64,000 nucleotides of DNA from Candidatus Latescibacterota bacterium (GTDB lineage Bacteria; Latescibacterota; UBA2968; GCA-2709665): NCBI GenBank assembly GCA_965219995.1, contig CBDCOX010000002.1, forward strand, positions 2,016,001 through 2,080,000, in the 5' to 3' direction. The notes below the pieces were generated by a model. That model was not told where the DNA came from. It saw nothing but the letters and a program-made list of their open reading frames with translations, and did not search any database. Below are positions 49,651 through 59,200 of the stretch, piece by piece (positions within the stretch are counted from its first letter, which is position 1; every line of letters starts with the position of its first letter). The translations under genes were made by a program, and so were the position numbers.

Positions 49651-52614
49651 TCAATCGTCCCAGCGTCTGAATCCGACGTGGACAACCTTAAACGCGTCGC
49701 CTGGTTCAAAGTCGTAGCGGAACCCTTTCGAATAATCCAGGTCGTCCACCATACCGCGGATAAAATCTTCATCGCCAACTCGGATGAATGTCGTATTGTT
49801 TTTACGCTCGACGCTTCGGATCCGATAGCAGGCATCGCGTTCATTTTCGTTCCGGATGGAAATGTAAGCGCCTGAGAGCGGTCCGTTTGGTGGCGGTTCG
49901 GTTGTGTGGATGACCCCGGGCTCGCGGGTGGAGACGATGCCGGTCCAGGCGGCTTCGTCCAGCCGGATGCCGTGTGAATCGGTACCTAAGACAGTCCCGC
50001 CAACGAGCGTGGCCCATTGCGGACCGTTTTTCGATTCCGCAAAGATTCCGAACCTGCCGTTGAAGCAGATGCGGCCGTCTATGTTGATGCAGCTGTGTCC
50101 GTCGCCGAAAATGATCGTGTGGGTATGTTCGTCCTGCAGGCGGACTCTTAGTGCACGGAAAGCAGGGCCGCCAGGGAGGTCGATCTCTTCAATTTGCACG
50201 ATATTCCGGTTTTTCCTGAACGCTTCGATGATGCTCAAATAGCCCGAGTCGAGAGGTTGTTCGCCCTCATGGGCGGCAATACCGTAGGTCAGACGCCGGG
50301 GGTTGCCGGGTTTGTTGCGTGGTGGATCGCCGTGACAGAGGGCAATCTCCCCAGGGGAGTTTATCAGGTTCCATCGCAGGTGAATGTCGGTCGCAGCACC
50401 GGGCACCGGTGAGGCGGGGAGCACCTGCCACGTGTCCGCAATGGTCCAGTCGACGGAAACCGTGTCCGCCGGTGCTGCACACCGCTTTACGTCGTAAAGG
50501 TACTGGAAGCCGCTGCCACCATAATTACGAACTTCGCCATCGTAAAATTCCCCAAACTTCACGTCTTCACCCGCGTAGGTGCCTTTATCCTGCGGGTTCA
50601 ACTCGAGACCCTCAGTCCTGACGATCCCGTCGGCCGCGTGGAAGAGAAAGTGGTGGGAAGATCCGCCGGAGACCTGGAAAAAATCTGCCACATAGAATTC
50701 CGTATCGGAGATTCGAACCAGCGCGCTGGTGCGACGGTAGATCGAGCACTGCGGGTAGACGTCAGTCGACGACACGGAGACCACCTGAGCTTCCCCGGTG
50801 GTGGCATAGAAGTCGACTTTTCCGGAGTAGCCGCCAATCTGTTTGCTGCGATCGACAAGGACCGTGTTGTGGGAGACGGTGTGGCTGGTCCAGCCTGAGC
50901 GTTTCGGCCATACGCGCGCGTGTTCCGGATAGCCCAGGTCAGGCAGCAGGTCCAGTCCGTAGGCATAGAGGCCCAGATTCAATCGGTCCGCATGCCCGTG
51001 GCCGGTGTTGCGGCCGTAGTAAAGCCAGAGGGTGCGTTCGGTTTCATCCGCGCCGTCTCTGAGAAGTGCCAGACCATACCCCGACATCAGATCAGAAACG
51101 AGACGGAAGGGTCCCTCTCGCGCTGTCGTCTCTGCCACACGATGCCGGATGGCTTCGGGATCCTCGTTGAAGATGCTGCCGTGAATCCGTGTCAGGTCTC
51201 CACCTGCGAGGTGGTGTGCAGCCCTGGCGAAAATGGGATCGCCAAACAGCTCGAGGCCCTCCAGACACTGCTCGACGGTGAGACCGCAAAGGTTAGGGTT
51301 ACCCGTCTGGCCGGTGTCGCCAATGTTCGGGATGTATCTGCCCAGACAGATCATGCGGATGTGCCCCAGGAACATCTGCTTGTAACGCAGATACCCCCGG
51401 ACGTTGTGACGGGTGTACGAGCGCCGGCATCTGAGAACACGGTCCAGGTCGTTCATGCCCTGCGATTTGTGGAGCCAGCCCAGGCTGTAGGAGGGCGCGG
51501 CTTCGGAACCGATACCGTCCCGGTCGATTTCTCCCGCGAAAAGTCTCGGGATGTGTCCACCGCTCGGTTTTCGACCGCGCAGTTCGCCGGCTTTGAAGAC
51601 CCAGTCCAGCCACTGGTCGGTATCTTCAGCATCCAGGGCGACGGAGAGGACGGCCATCGTGACCTGGTCGCCGGGTTCGTTTCGGGCGACGTCGCCCGCG
51701 AGGATGGCGGCAATGCCCTCGCGGATGATACGATCCTCAATGTGGCGGCACAGTTCGTCCACGGTGTTCTGAGACGACAAACCGTGGTCGATCTGTTTGC
51801 GTGAGAGGAATGTGAAGAGCGGGTCGTCATCCCGCCACGCCGATCTCACGGCGTCATAACATTCCGTGAACGTGATGAGCAGGCCCGGTTCCCAGATGCG
51901 GCCGTAGATACGTCCCCGGCCGCTCAATCCGTCCGAGTTGAAGAATCCGAGTCCAGCCCAGCAGGACCAGTGCATATCGGGATAGACGTCGGCGATCCTG
52001 GCCAGCAGGATGCCGGCTTTGTGGGCGTACATGGGGTTGCCCGTGAGCACGTATGCCCGCTTCAATCCCTGGCAGGCGGTCCGTATTTCGTTCCAGATGC
52101 CATGGTGTCCGTACACACCAATGAGTTTGAATGATTCTCCGGTGTCGTCGGTCCAGCCGGTACCGTCGTCAACACACCAGGCGTGAAGGGGGTCGTTTCT
52201 GTCCGGATGTTGGGTGTTGAAGAGCAGGCTGCGGTCGGCTTTGTCGGGATGGAAGAGTCCGTCACGTCCGATGCCGCTCTTGTAGAAAGCGGCATAGTCG
52301 TTGCTGGGGAAACGGCCGCTGCAGTTGGGGCAGATGATCTTCCAGGGGTCGCGGAGAACATCCACTTTGAAGGCACCCCCGTAACGATTTATGCCGTCGC
52401 CGCATCTCGGACACCCTTTGGTGACGCTCGCGTTGGTGCTCCGACCGGTGGTTTGCCCGGCAACCAGGGACCACAGGGCGTCATCGTTGAGATCAAGCCA
52501 GCGCCGGGCACAGTCGACGGCAGCGTCCCGCTCGGCGGCAGCCCAGTTCGCCTGTTCAATGTTGCGGCGTGCGTTGGCGATCCGTTCGGAGGCGATAAAT
52601 CGTCCACCGGGCAT
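49651..52614 (-). CDS. Heparinase II/III family protein with N-terminal CxxC..CxxC module
   Basis: GHGHADRLNL, PDLGYP, SHNTVLVD and YRRT; CPRC/CPNC; no signal peptide. Confidence 0.88.
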   Translation of the reverse strand: MPGGRFIASERIANARRNIEQANWAAAERDAAVDCARRWLDLNDDALWSLVAGQTTGRSTNASVTKGCPRCGDGINRYGGAFKVDVLRDPWKIICPNCSGRFPSNDYAAFYKSGIGRDGLFHPDKADRSLLFNTQHPDRNDPLHAWCVDDGTGWTDDTGESFKLIGVYGHHGIWNEIRTACQGLKRAYVLTGNPMYAHKAGILLARIADVYPDMHWSCWAGLGFFNSDGLSGRGRIYGRIWEPGLLITFTECYDAVRSAWRDDDPLFTFLSRKQIDHGLSSQNTVDELCRHIEDRIIREGIAAILAGDVARNEPGDQVTMAVLSVALDAEDTDQWLDWVFKAGELRGRKPSGGHIPRLFAGEIDRDGIGSEAAPSYSLGWLHKSQGMNDLDRVLRCRRSYTRHNVRGYLRYKQMFLGHIRMICLGRYIPNIGDTGQTGNPNLCGLTVEQCLEGLELFGDPIFARAAHHLAGGDLTRIHGSIFNEDPEAIRHRVAETTAREGPFRLVSDLMSGYGLALLRDGADETERTLWLYYGRNTGHGHADRLNLGLYAYGLDLLPDLGYPEHARVWPKRSGWTSHTVSHNTVLVDRSKQIGGYSGKVDFYATTGEAQVVSVSSTDVYPQCSIYRRTSALVRISDTEFYVADFFQVSGGSSHHFLFHAADGIVRTEGLELNPQDKGTYAGEDVKFGEFYDGEVRNYGGSGFQYLYDVKRCAAPADTVSVDWTIADTWQVLPASPVPGAATDIHLRWNLINSPGEIALCHGDPPRNKPGNPRRLTYGIAAHEGEQPLDSGYLSIIEAFRKNRNIVQIEEIDLPGGPAFRALRVRLQDEHTHTIIFGDGHSCINIDGRICFNGRFGIFAESKNGPQWATLVGGTVLGTDSHGIRLDEAAWTGIVSTREPGVIHTTEPPPNGPLSGAYISIRNENERDACYRIRSVERKNNTTFIRVGDEDFIRGMVDDLDYSKGFRYDFEPGDAFKVVHVGFRRWDD

Positions 52615-52748
52615 CGGGCACCCCAAAAGACGAAGACTTGAGGTTGTTACTCGAGATGAAGCTCAAGTGATGGCATGACGCGCCGTCACTCTCCCGGCGG
52701 GATAGTACAGGGCCAACGGGCGAGGCTTTGGTCCGGTCGATTCGAGCG

Positions 52749-54284
52749 TCAGGCCATATCCCTGAGGACTTCCTGCGCGGCGTTGTGACCTGGAATGCCG
52801 CTCACCTCGCCGCCGGGATGCTGTCCGGCGCCGCAGAGGTACAGGCCTTTATGCGGCGCCCGATATTGCGAGAGTTCCGGAAGCGGCCGATTCCAGAAAA
52901 GATGCTCGCCCGCGTGTTGCACATGCCAGATACACCCGTCCGTCAGGCCGTTCTCCCGTTCGATGTCCAGGGGCGTCCGGAAGACGTGGTTTCGGATGGA
53001 AGATCTGAAGTTGGGCGCGAACTCCGTGATCTGATCGATGATGCCTTCGGCGATCTCCTCCCGGACGCCGTCCCAGGATCCGGTACGGAGCGTCGCGGGC
53101 GCGGGGTAGATCCACACGGAGGCGGTGTGATAACCCGGCTGCGTGAGCGTGGGGTCCGCGAACGAGGGCATCGAAAAACTGATCACGGGTTTCCGAACGG
53201 GCAGGCCCGCTTCCAGTTCATCGTAGGCCGCATCGATTTCCGGCCTCGACGCGTGAAGGGTGATCGCACCGCGGTAAGGTTGTTCCGGGTCGCCGTCCCA
53301 GTACTTCCATTGCGGCGCTTCGCTGACAACGGCGAGCAGTTTGTAACAGCTGACGTGGGTGATCAGCCCCTCGAGGCGCTTGCGCAGCCTGCCGTCGACC
53401 GATTCGGACGGCATGAGCCTGAGGAACGTGCACTTGGGGTCCAGGTTTGAAACCGTGACGCGGCTCCGGACTTCTTTCCCATTTTCCAGACGGACGCCAA
53501 TAACCGCGTTGTCTTCCACGAGCAACCCCTGCACGCCCGTGTCGAGGTGGATGGTCACGCCGGCCTCCCGCGCCGCGTGGGCGATCGCGTCGCTGACGGC
53601 GCCCATTCCGCCTTCAACGTAGCCATAGGGATGGGCTTCCCCGGTCTCGGTGTCGGGACGGTTGATGGAACCGTAGGCGAAGTGCAGACCCAGGGGATTC
53701 CGACCCACGGCGGCGCCTTCGGAGGCGTGCAGATCCTTCAGGCGGTCGGTGGAGAGAAATTCGTCCTGCAGTTCCAGGATCCGGGTGGAAACGGCCCGGT
53801 CGAGCACGCTCGCCGCGGGGGTACCGGCGATCCGGGAACGTACTTCGTCCAGGGGTGGGGGCGCCTGGAATCGGAACGGGGTCACGATATCGGAGAGAAT
53901 CCGCTTGAATTCGCCATATCGGCGAACGTCCTCTCGTTCGGCGCCGGTAAGGCGGCTGCTGTGGGTCCGGTTTCTGGGAGAATCGTGATCCGAGGGTCCA
54001 TGATAGGTGCCGTCGGGGCGGAGGCGGATGTACCCTTCGCGGGGAAGCATTTTCATTCCGCGTTCGTAGAGTTCCAGATCCCGGATGATTCTTGGGGGCA
54101 GGCCGTGGATCATGTGGGCGCAGGTCGAAAAGTGAAACCCCGGCCAGAGTTCTTCGGTGATTGACGCGCCGCCGACGAAGGAGCGGCGTTCAAACACATT
54201 GACGTCGAGTCCGGCTCCTGCCAGATAGGCAGCCGCGGTGAGGCCATTGTGGCCGGCGCCGACCACGATAACATCCGTATCCAT
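52749..54284 (-). CDS. Phytoene dehydrogenase-like FAD oxidoreductase (COG1233)
   Basis: GAGHNGL, GGMGAVS, TPLDIE and LYLCGAG.HPGG.VSG.PG.NAA. Confidence 0.93.
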   Translation of the reverse strand: MDTDVIVVGAGHNGLTAAAYLAGAGLDVNVFERRSFVGGASITEELWPGFHFSTCAHMIHGLPPRIIRDLELYERGMKMLPREGYIRLRPDGTYHGPSDHDSPRNRTHSSRLTGAEREDVRRYGEFKRILSDIVTPFRFQAPPPLDEVRSRIAGTPAASVLDRAVSTRILELQDEFLSTDRLKDLHASEGAAVGRNPLGLHFAYGSINRPDTETGEAHPYGYVEGGMGAVSDAIAHAAREAGVTIHLDTGVQGLLVEDNAVIGVRLENGKEVRSRVTVSNLDPKCTFLRLMPSESVDGRLRKRLEGLITHVSCYKLLAVVSEAPQWKYWDGDPEQPYRGAITLHASRPEIDAAYDELEAGLPVRKPVISFSMPSFADPTLTQPGYHTASVWIYPAPATLRTGSWDGVREEIAEGIIDQITEFAPNFRSSIRNHVFRTPLDIERENGLTDGCIWHVQHAGEHLFWNRPLPELSQYRAPHKGLYLCGAGQHPGGEVSGIPGHNAAQEVLRDMA

Positions 54285-54371
54285 AAAAGACGTTCCCTTC
54301 GATTCGCTACGACCCCGCCCTCGGGGCCGTCACGGGATGGAAATAAGCGTTGTCCGCGGCCGTGACCTTAC

Positions 54372-54531
54372 CAGCCCGTTGAAAAAGTCCATCCGGGCTA
54401 CGTCCGGCCCTTGTGACCGAAATACGGCGTTGCGCTCCCTCCCCGAATCCAGGGATTCGCGTCGGTCGCGCGCCTTGTCTTCGGCCACAATGACTCGGCC
54501 TCGCCTGCAGAGCGACTTTTTCAACGGACTG
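54372..54531 (-). mobile_element. 160-bp MITE, copy 3
   Basis: Reverse-complement copy flanked by direct repeat TTAC (54368-54371 and 54532-54535). Confidence 0.92.
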
Positions 54532-55984
54532 TTACACGTGCGGCTTCTCCGGATGCTTCGACGTAAGCGGTCAGGTGCGCCGCGGCGCGTCCGCTTTCGA
54601 TGGCGTCTTCGGCACGCTCGACGGCCGTTGTCGGATCCACGTCAAATCCGAGCAGATGATCCTTGATTGCGACGTTGAGCACGATCTGGTCGTAGGCCGG
54701 ACCTCTTTGCCCCGCAAGTGCGGCCCAACCCGCTTTTGCAAACGCTTCGGCGGAAACGGATTCGGGTCTGGGATGCCGGTTGTAACGGAATCCGGCGGCC
54801 GCCGGGTCGACGTCGCGATCGTACGTTTCGATCCGTCCGCCTCGGGTCCGGAAGCCCCTTACATTGTTGATGGCTTTTCGATCCCCGTCGGAGGGCTTGG
54901 CCAGCCGCAGGCCGAAGGAACCGGCGCCTTCCATGCCCTTCACGACCAGGCCGGAGTGAAGGCCGCGGTCCATCGCCAGCTGAAGAAACATGTCTTCGTA
55001 ACCCGGATGGTAATAGCCGATGACCATGTGGTTCTCGCCGACGCACGAAAAGAGCTGCTGGGCTTTTTCCGTTGCCGCCCAGGGCGGCCGCTTTCCAATA
55101 TGCGCACGGAGGTCCCTGGCAGCGTAGGCGGACGGCGAAAAGCTGCGCTGGCTGACGTAGGCGAAACCAACCCGCGGGTCCTCAATCAGACCGCCGGCCT
55201 GTTCCAGCGTGAGATTCACGTTTGCCCCCAGCACCTTCAGGATCTGTTCGTCGTTGACCCCCCATTTCGGCGGCATTCCGTCGACGCCGTGCAAAACGGA
55301 CGGGCGTCCCAGTGCGGCCCTGACCGCCGCGACGAAGAGGGTCGGACGGAAATATTTGCTCGATCCGTCGTACGGTTCCCCGAAATGGGTGAGTGAACCG
55401 ACGTCGAGCTTCACGACGTTGGACGGGTCAAACCCGGCATCCAGGTATCCCCGTGCCTCGTCGTATGTCTCGCGATTCATCCTCTGGCCGATCAGCGCCG
55501 CGCCCTTGAGCGCGTCTCGCACCTGCCCGTTCAGGATCGCGCCGCACATCCGGCGGGTCTCCCGGTAGCCGAGGTGCCGTCCCGCGAGGATTTTTTCCAG
55601 CGCCGCGATGAGAACGGCTTCCTGCTCGTTCCGCGCTTCCGGTTTCGCGCGCGTATCCAGCAGATACAGAATTTCGGGCGGCAGATCGCGGCGAAGGGCG
55701 GCACGATTTCTATCGAAAGCATCGGTTTCCGCGACACTCCACCGCGTCCCGGACGGAAAGCGGCGTCGGAGGGCCATGGCCACGAAGAACGCGCCCATCT
55801 GGACGGACGACACCCGCTGCGTTTCGGTCAATTCGCCCCTGGCCGAGCCAAGTATCAGATCCAGAATACGGTCGGGTTGGGGGTCCGCGGGCTTTACACC
55901 CAGGGGGCGGGACTGATGCGGTCCGGTGCAGACCCGGGCCTGGGCTTCCAGCACTTCGGGATTCGGGTGAACGTCGGTCGGCAT
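54521..55984 (-). CDS. Anthranilate phosphoribosyltransferase-like protein (GT3 fold, non-TrpD, duplicated N-terminal helical domain)
   Basis: QMGAFF, GAALIGQRMNRET, HFGEPYDG, PPK.GV, GKRPP.ATEK and KG.EG. Start ATG 55984 preferred. Stop lies inside the MITE. Confidence 0.85.
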   Translation of the reverse strand: MPTDVHPNPEVLEAQARVCTGPHQSRPLGVKPADPQPDRILDLILGSARGELTETQRVSSVQMGAFFVAMALRRRFPSGTRWSVAETDAFDRNRAALRRDLPPEILYLLDTRAKPEARNEQEAVLIAALEKILAGRHLGYRETRRMCGAILNGQVRDALKGAALIGQRMNRETYDEARGYLDAGFDPSNVVKLDVGSLTHFGEPYDGSSKYFRPTLFVAAVRAALGRPSVLHGVDGMPPKWGVNDEQILKVLGANVNLTLEQAGGLIEDPRVGFAYVSQRSFSPSAYAARDLRAHIGKRPPWAATEKAQQLFSCVGENHMVIGYYHPGYEDMFLQLAMDRGLHSGLVVKGMEGAGSFGLRLAKPSDGDRKAINNVRGFRTRGGRIETYDRDVDPAAAGFRYNRHPRPESVSAEAFAKAGWAALAGQRGPAYDQIVLNVAIKDHLLGFDVDPTTAVERAEDAIESGRAAAHLTAYVEASGEAARVTVR

Positions 55985-56215
55985 GGCATTGATATCCGTC
56001 GGTGAAGTGGCGTCGGCGATAGTATACGTGAATTCGAGTGTGTCATCAAGCGAGGCGGGCTGTGCCTCGGATCTCAAGACATGAGCGACGAGGCATTTTC
56101 GACCTGCCGTTTCAGGGCGTTTCGGGATTGAAAAAACGGTTTGCACGAAAGGTGTTTTTTGTTAAATAAGACGTGATTGAAGCAATAAATATCCAGGCCG
56201 TACTCGAGATTGGCG

Positions 56216-57007
56216 ATGACGGTATACCGTTTGGCATGGTGCCTTGTCATATTGGGTTGGATGAGTACCCGGCTTCAGGCCGAACCTGTCCGGGTTTATG
56301 CCGCGGTCAGTCTGATCGGTTCAATGAAGCAGATTGAGGGGATGTTCGAAACGGAAACCGACGTGGAAGTCCGGTTCTCGTTCGCGGCGTCGTCCACGCT
56401 GGCCAGGCAGATCGAGCGCGGGGCGCCGGCCGGGGTTTTCATTTCCGCGAACCCCGCGTGGATGGATTATCTGGAGTCGAGGGGAATGATTCACCCTGAC
56501 AGCAGGGCAGACCTGCTCGGCAATGCGCTGGTTGTGGTTACGCCGGCGGGAGAGGGCTTTGACGTCAAATGGGAACAGGCGTTCGATTTCGCCGGGGCGT
56601 TTGAAGGACCGCTGGCGGTTGCGGACCCCGATCTCGTTCCTGCCGGCATATATGCCAGACAGGCGCTCGTCAACCTGGGATGGTGGGCGGATTTGAGCCA
56701 GCGCCTCGCCGTGGGTCAGGATGTGCGTTCCGCGCTCGCATTCGTGGAACAGGGCGCCTGCGCAGCGGGAATTGTGTACGCAACCGATGCCGCCTCGAGC
56801 GACCGTGTGGACGCGCTTGGCGTGCTACCGTCAGGGACGCATGATGAGATTGTCTATGCCGTCGCGATCGTAAAGGGTCGGGTTACGGTGACGACGCGAA
56901 GATTCGTGGACTTCCTGAAGTCCGAGCAGGCCCACGACGTATTCAGGAGTGACGGCTTTCGCGTTTCCGTTTCACGGCGAGAGCACGAACAAGCGGGACG
57001 AAACTGA
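56216..57007 (+). CDS. modA: Molybdate ABC transporter substrate-binding protein
   Basis: YAAVSL, AASSTLARQIE.GAPA.VF.SA, VPAG.YA, DVR.AL and GIVY.TDA. Confidence 0.93.
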   Translation: MTVYRLAWCLVILGWMSTRLQAEPVRVYAAVSLIGSMKQIEGMFETETDVEVRFSFAASSTLARQIERGAPAGVFISANPAWMDYLESRGMIHPDSRADLLGNALVVVTPAGEGFDVKWEQAFDFAGAFEGPLAVADPDLVPAGIYARQALVNLGWWADLSQRLAVGQDVRSALAFVEQGACAAGIVYATDAASSDRVDALGVLPSGTHDEIVYAVAIVKGRVTVTTRRFVDFLKSEQAHDVFRSDGFRVSVSRREHEQAGRN

Positions 57008-57025
57008 CGCGCAGGAGCAGAGAAC

Positions 57026-58147
57026 ATGGCCATTCTGGAGCGGTTGAACGTTGGCGTTGCGGGCGCGGCGGGCAGAGGCGGGAGTTTTCGTGCTGCCTTC
57101 GACGCCCATCCCGTGGCCCGCCTGCATGCCGTCTGCGATATCCGGGAAGACATGCTGGATGCGGCGGCCGAAAAGCTCGGCGCCACGGAGACCTATTCGG
57201 ACTACGAGGAAATGCTGGCGAGGTCCGAGCTGGATGCCGTGGTCATCGGCACCCCCATGCAGTTTCACGCGCCTCAGGCGATCGCCGCCCTGGAGTCGAA
57301 CGTCCACGTTCTGAGCGAGGTGACAGCCGCGGTTTCCGTCGACGAGTGCAGACGCCTCGTCGCTGCTGCCGCCGCAACCCCCGCGATATACATGATGGCC
57401 GAGAACTTCACGTATATGAAACCCAATGTGCTCGTGAAAGCGCTGGTGCGGCGCGGGCTGTTCGGGGAGGTCTATTACGCGGAGGGCGAGTACGTCCACG
57501 AGTTGAAGGGATTGAACGAGATAACGACCTGGCGCCGGAAATGGCAGACGGGTATCGACGGCGTCACCTATGGCACGCACAGCCTGGGACCGATTCTTCA
57601 GTGGATGGAGGGCGATCGTGTGGCGCGGGTGTGCTGCGAGGGCAGCGGCCATCACTACGTAGATCCCAGAGGGAACCGATATGAGAATCAGGACTCCTGC
57701 GTGATGCTGTGCAAGACGGCTGAAGGCGCGCTGATCAAAATACGGGTCGACATGCTGTCGGAGCGCCCGCATTCAATGGCGAACTACGCCCTTCAGGGCA
57801 CCACCGGATGTTATGAGTCCGCCCGCGCGAAGGGGGAGGCGAACCGGATCTGGCTCGCGGACTTGTGCGAAGACAGGAGTACATGGTTGGACCTTACGGA
57901 ACTGGAAGGAGAATATCTTCCGGAGATGTGGCGCGACCCTTCCGAAGACGCGCTGAAGGCGGGGCACGGGGGCGGGGACTATTTCGAGATTCTGGATTTC
58001 GTGAACGCCATTGTGGGAACGGCGCCCTGTCCGATCGGAATTCACGAGGCCATGGACATGACGCTTCCGGGCCTGGTCAGCCAGGCATCCGTCGCCAATG
58101 GCGGCGCGTGGCTGGACGTTCCCGATTCGAGGGCTTGGGTCCAGTGA
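57026..58147 (+). CDS. Gfo/Idh/MocA family oxidoreductase
   Basis: Rossmann G.AGRG; TP...HA; HVLSEV; MMAEN; GEYVH; GHGGGD. Confidence 0.92.
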   Translation: MAILERLNVGVAGAAGRGGSFRAAFDAHPVARLHAVCDIREDMLDAAAEKLGATETYSDYEEMLARSELDAVVIGTPMQFHAPQAIAALESNVHVLSEVTAAVSVDECRRLVAAAAATPAIYMMAENFTYMKPNVLVKALVRRGLFGEVYYAEGEYVHELKGLNEITTWRRKWQTGIDGVTYGTHSLGPILQWMEGDRVARVCCEGSGHHYVDPRGNRYENQDSCVMLCKTAEGALIKIRVDMLSERPHSMANYALQGTTGCYESARAKGEANRIWLADLCEDRSTWLDLTELEGEYLPEMWRDPSEDALKAGHGGGDYFEILDFVNAIVGTAPCPIGIHEAMDMTLPGLVSQASVANGGAWLDVPDSRAWVQ

Positions 58148-58256
58148 CCTTTCCCAACGATATCTCACCGTTCGGCCGATTTCAGGCTGCCTGTTCCGGG
58201 GCAGAACACCAGCGACCCCGTCGCCGGGATGATGGAGGGGCCGCCGTCGGGCAACC

Positions 58257-59045
58257 TCAGACAACCGTTGGCTTCAACGCACTCTCGCCGAATATTACCG
58301 GGAAGGGTTGACCGCGTTTGGATCGGGTAGCCGCGTGCATGTAACAGGTGCTGAATGCCCTGCGGGGAACGTCGGTACGATTTGTACCGGAGCTGTGTAA
58401 CAGCCAGTTGTGCAGGAGGACGACTTCGCCGGCATCGAGCTCCAGATTGACGTGTTCGGCGTGTTGCGTCCGCTCCTCGATCTGCTCGGAACTCAGGAAA
58501 CCGCTGGCGTTTTCAGGGTTGACCAGCCCCCATTTGTGAGACCCGGGGATGATTTTGACGCAGCCGTTGTCGACCGTGGACGGATCCAACGCGGTCCAGA
58601 CGGTAACGAGCGGATCGCGGTCGAGATCGGTCCAGCGGTCCTGGTGCCACGTGAGGTCGTGGCCGTGTCCTGCCGGTTTGTTCATGAACATCGCGCGAAA
58701 ACTGGCCACCGGGGCGTCCTGACCGTATGCCCAGGAACAGATATTCCGGAACAGCGGGTGCTGCATGTACGCGAGGAAGAGGTCGTCGTATTCCAGATCC
58801 TGAATCTTCCGGTAGTTCAGGGTTGCGCCCTTGTGGCCTTTGGTCTGGGGTCCCGGACCCTCCCTGCCGTCGACGACGTCCAGTTGCATCAGCGTACGAC
58901 TGTAGTCCAGCGGGGCCGTGCCCAGCATGATCTCGTTGATACGCCGCCTGAGGGCTTTCAGGGACGCCGAGGTCGCGACCTTGCCGAGGTGAAGATATCC
59001 CCCGGTTTGAAACCGTTCCCACTGTTCGTCAGTCAGAAAGTTCAT
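58257..59045 (-). CDS. Phytanoyl-CoA dioxygenase family Fe(II)/2OG enzyme
   Basis: WHQD, W.ALD, NGC...IPGSH and LLHSS..N....RR. Confidence 0.92.
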   Translation of the reverse strand: MNFLTDEQWERFQTGGYLHLGKVATSASLKALRRRINEIMLGTAPLDYSRTLMQLDVVDGREGPGPQTKGHKGATLNYRKIQDLEYDDLFLAYMQHPLFRNICSWAYGQDAPVASFRAMFMNKPAGHGHDLTWHQDRWTDLDRDPLVTVWTALDPSTVDNGCVKIIPGSHKWGLVNPENASGFLSSEQIEERTQHAEHVNLELDAGEVVLLHNWLLHSSGTNRTDVPRRAFSTCYMHAATRSKRGQPFPVIFGESALKPTVV

Positions 59046-59200
59046 AGGCTTCACTCAACAGCGTACCCGCAAGCCCGGCGTCCGCCACAACCGGTCCGCA
59101 GGATCCGGGTCGGACACATCCCGATTCCGCCAGAGCGGGATACTCGTTGAAAGATAATAAAGTCGGGATCGCGCATCAAGATTCCAGCGAGGAGCGCCCA

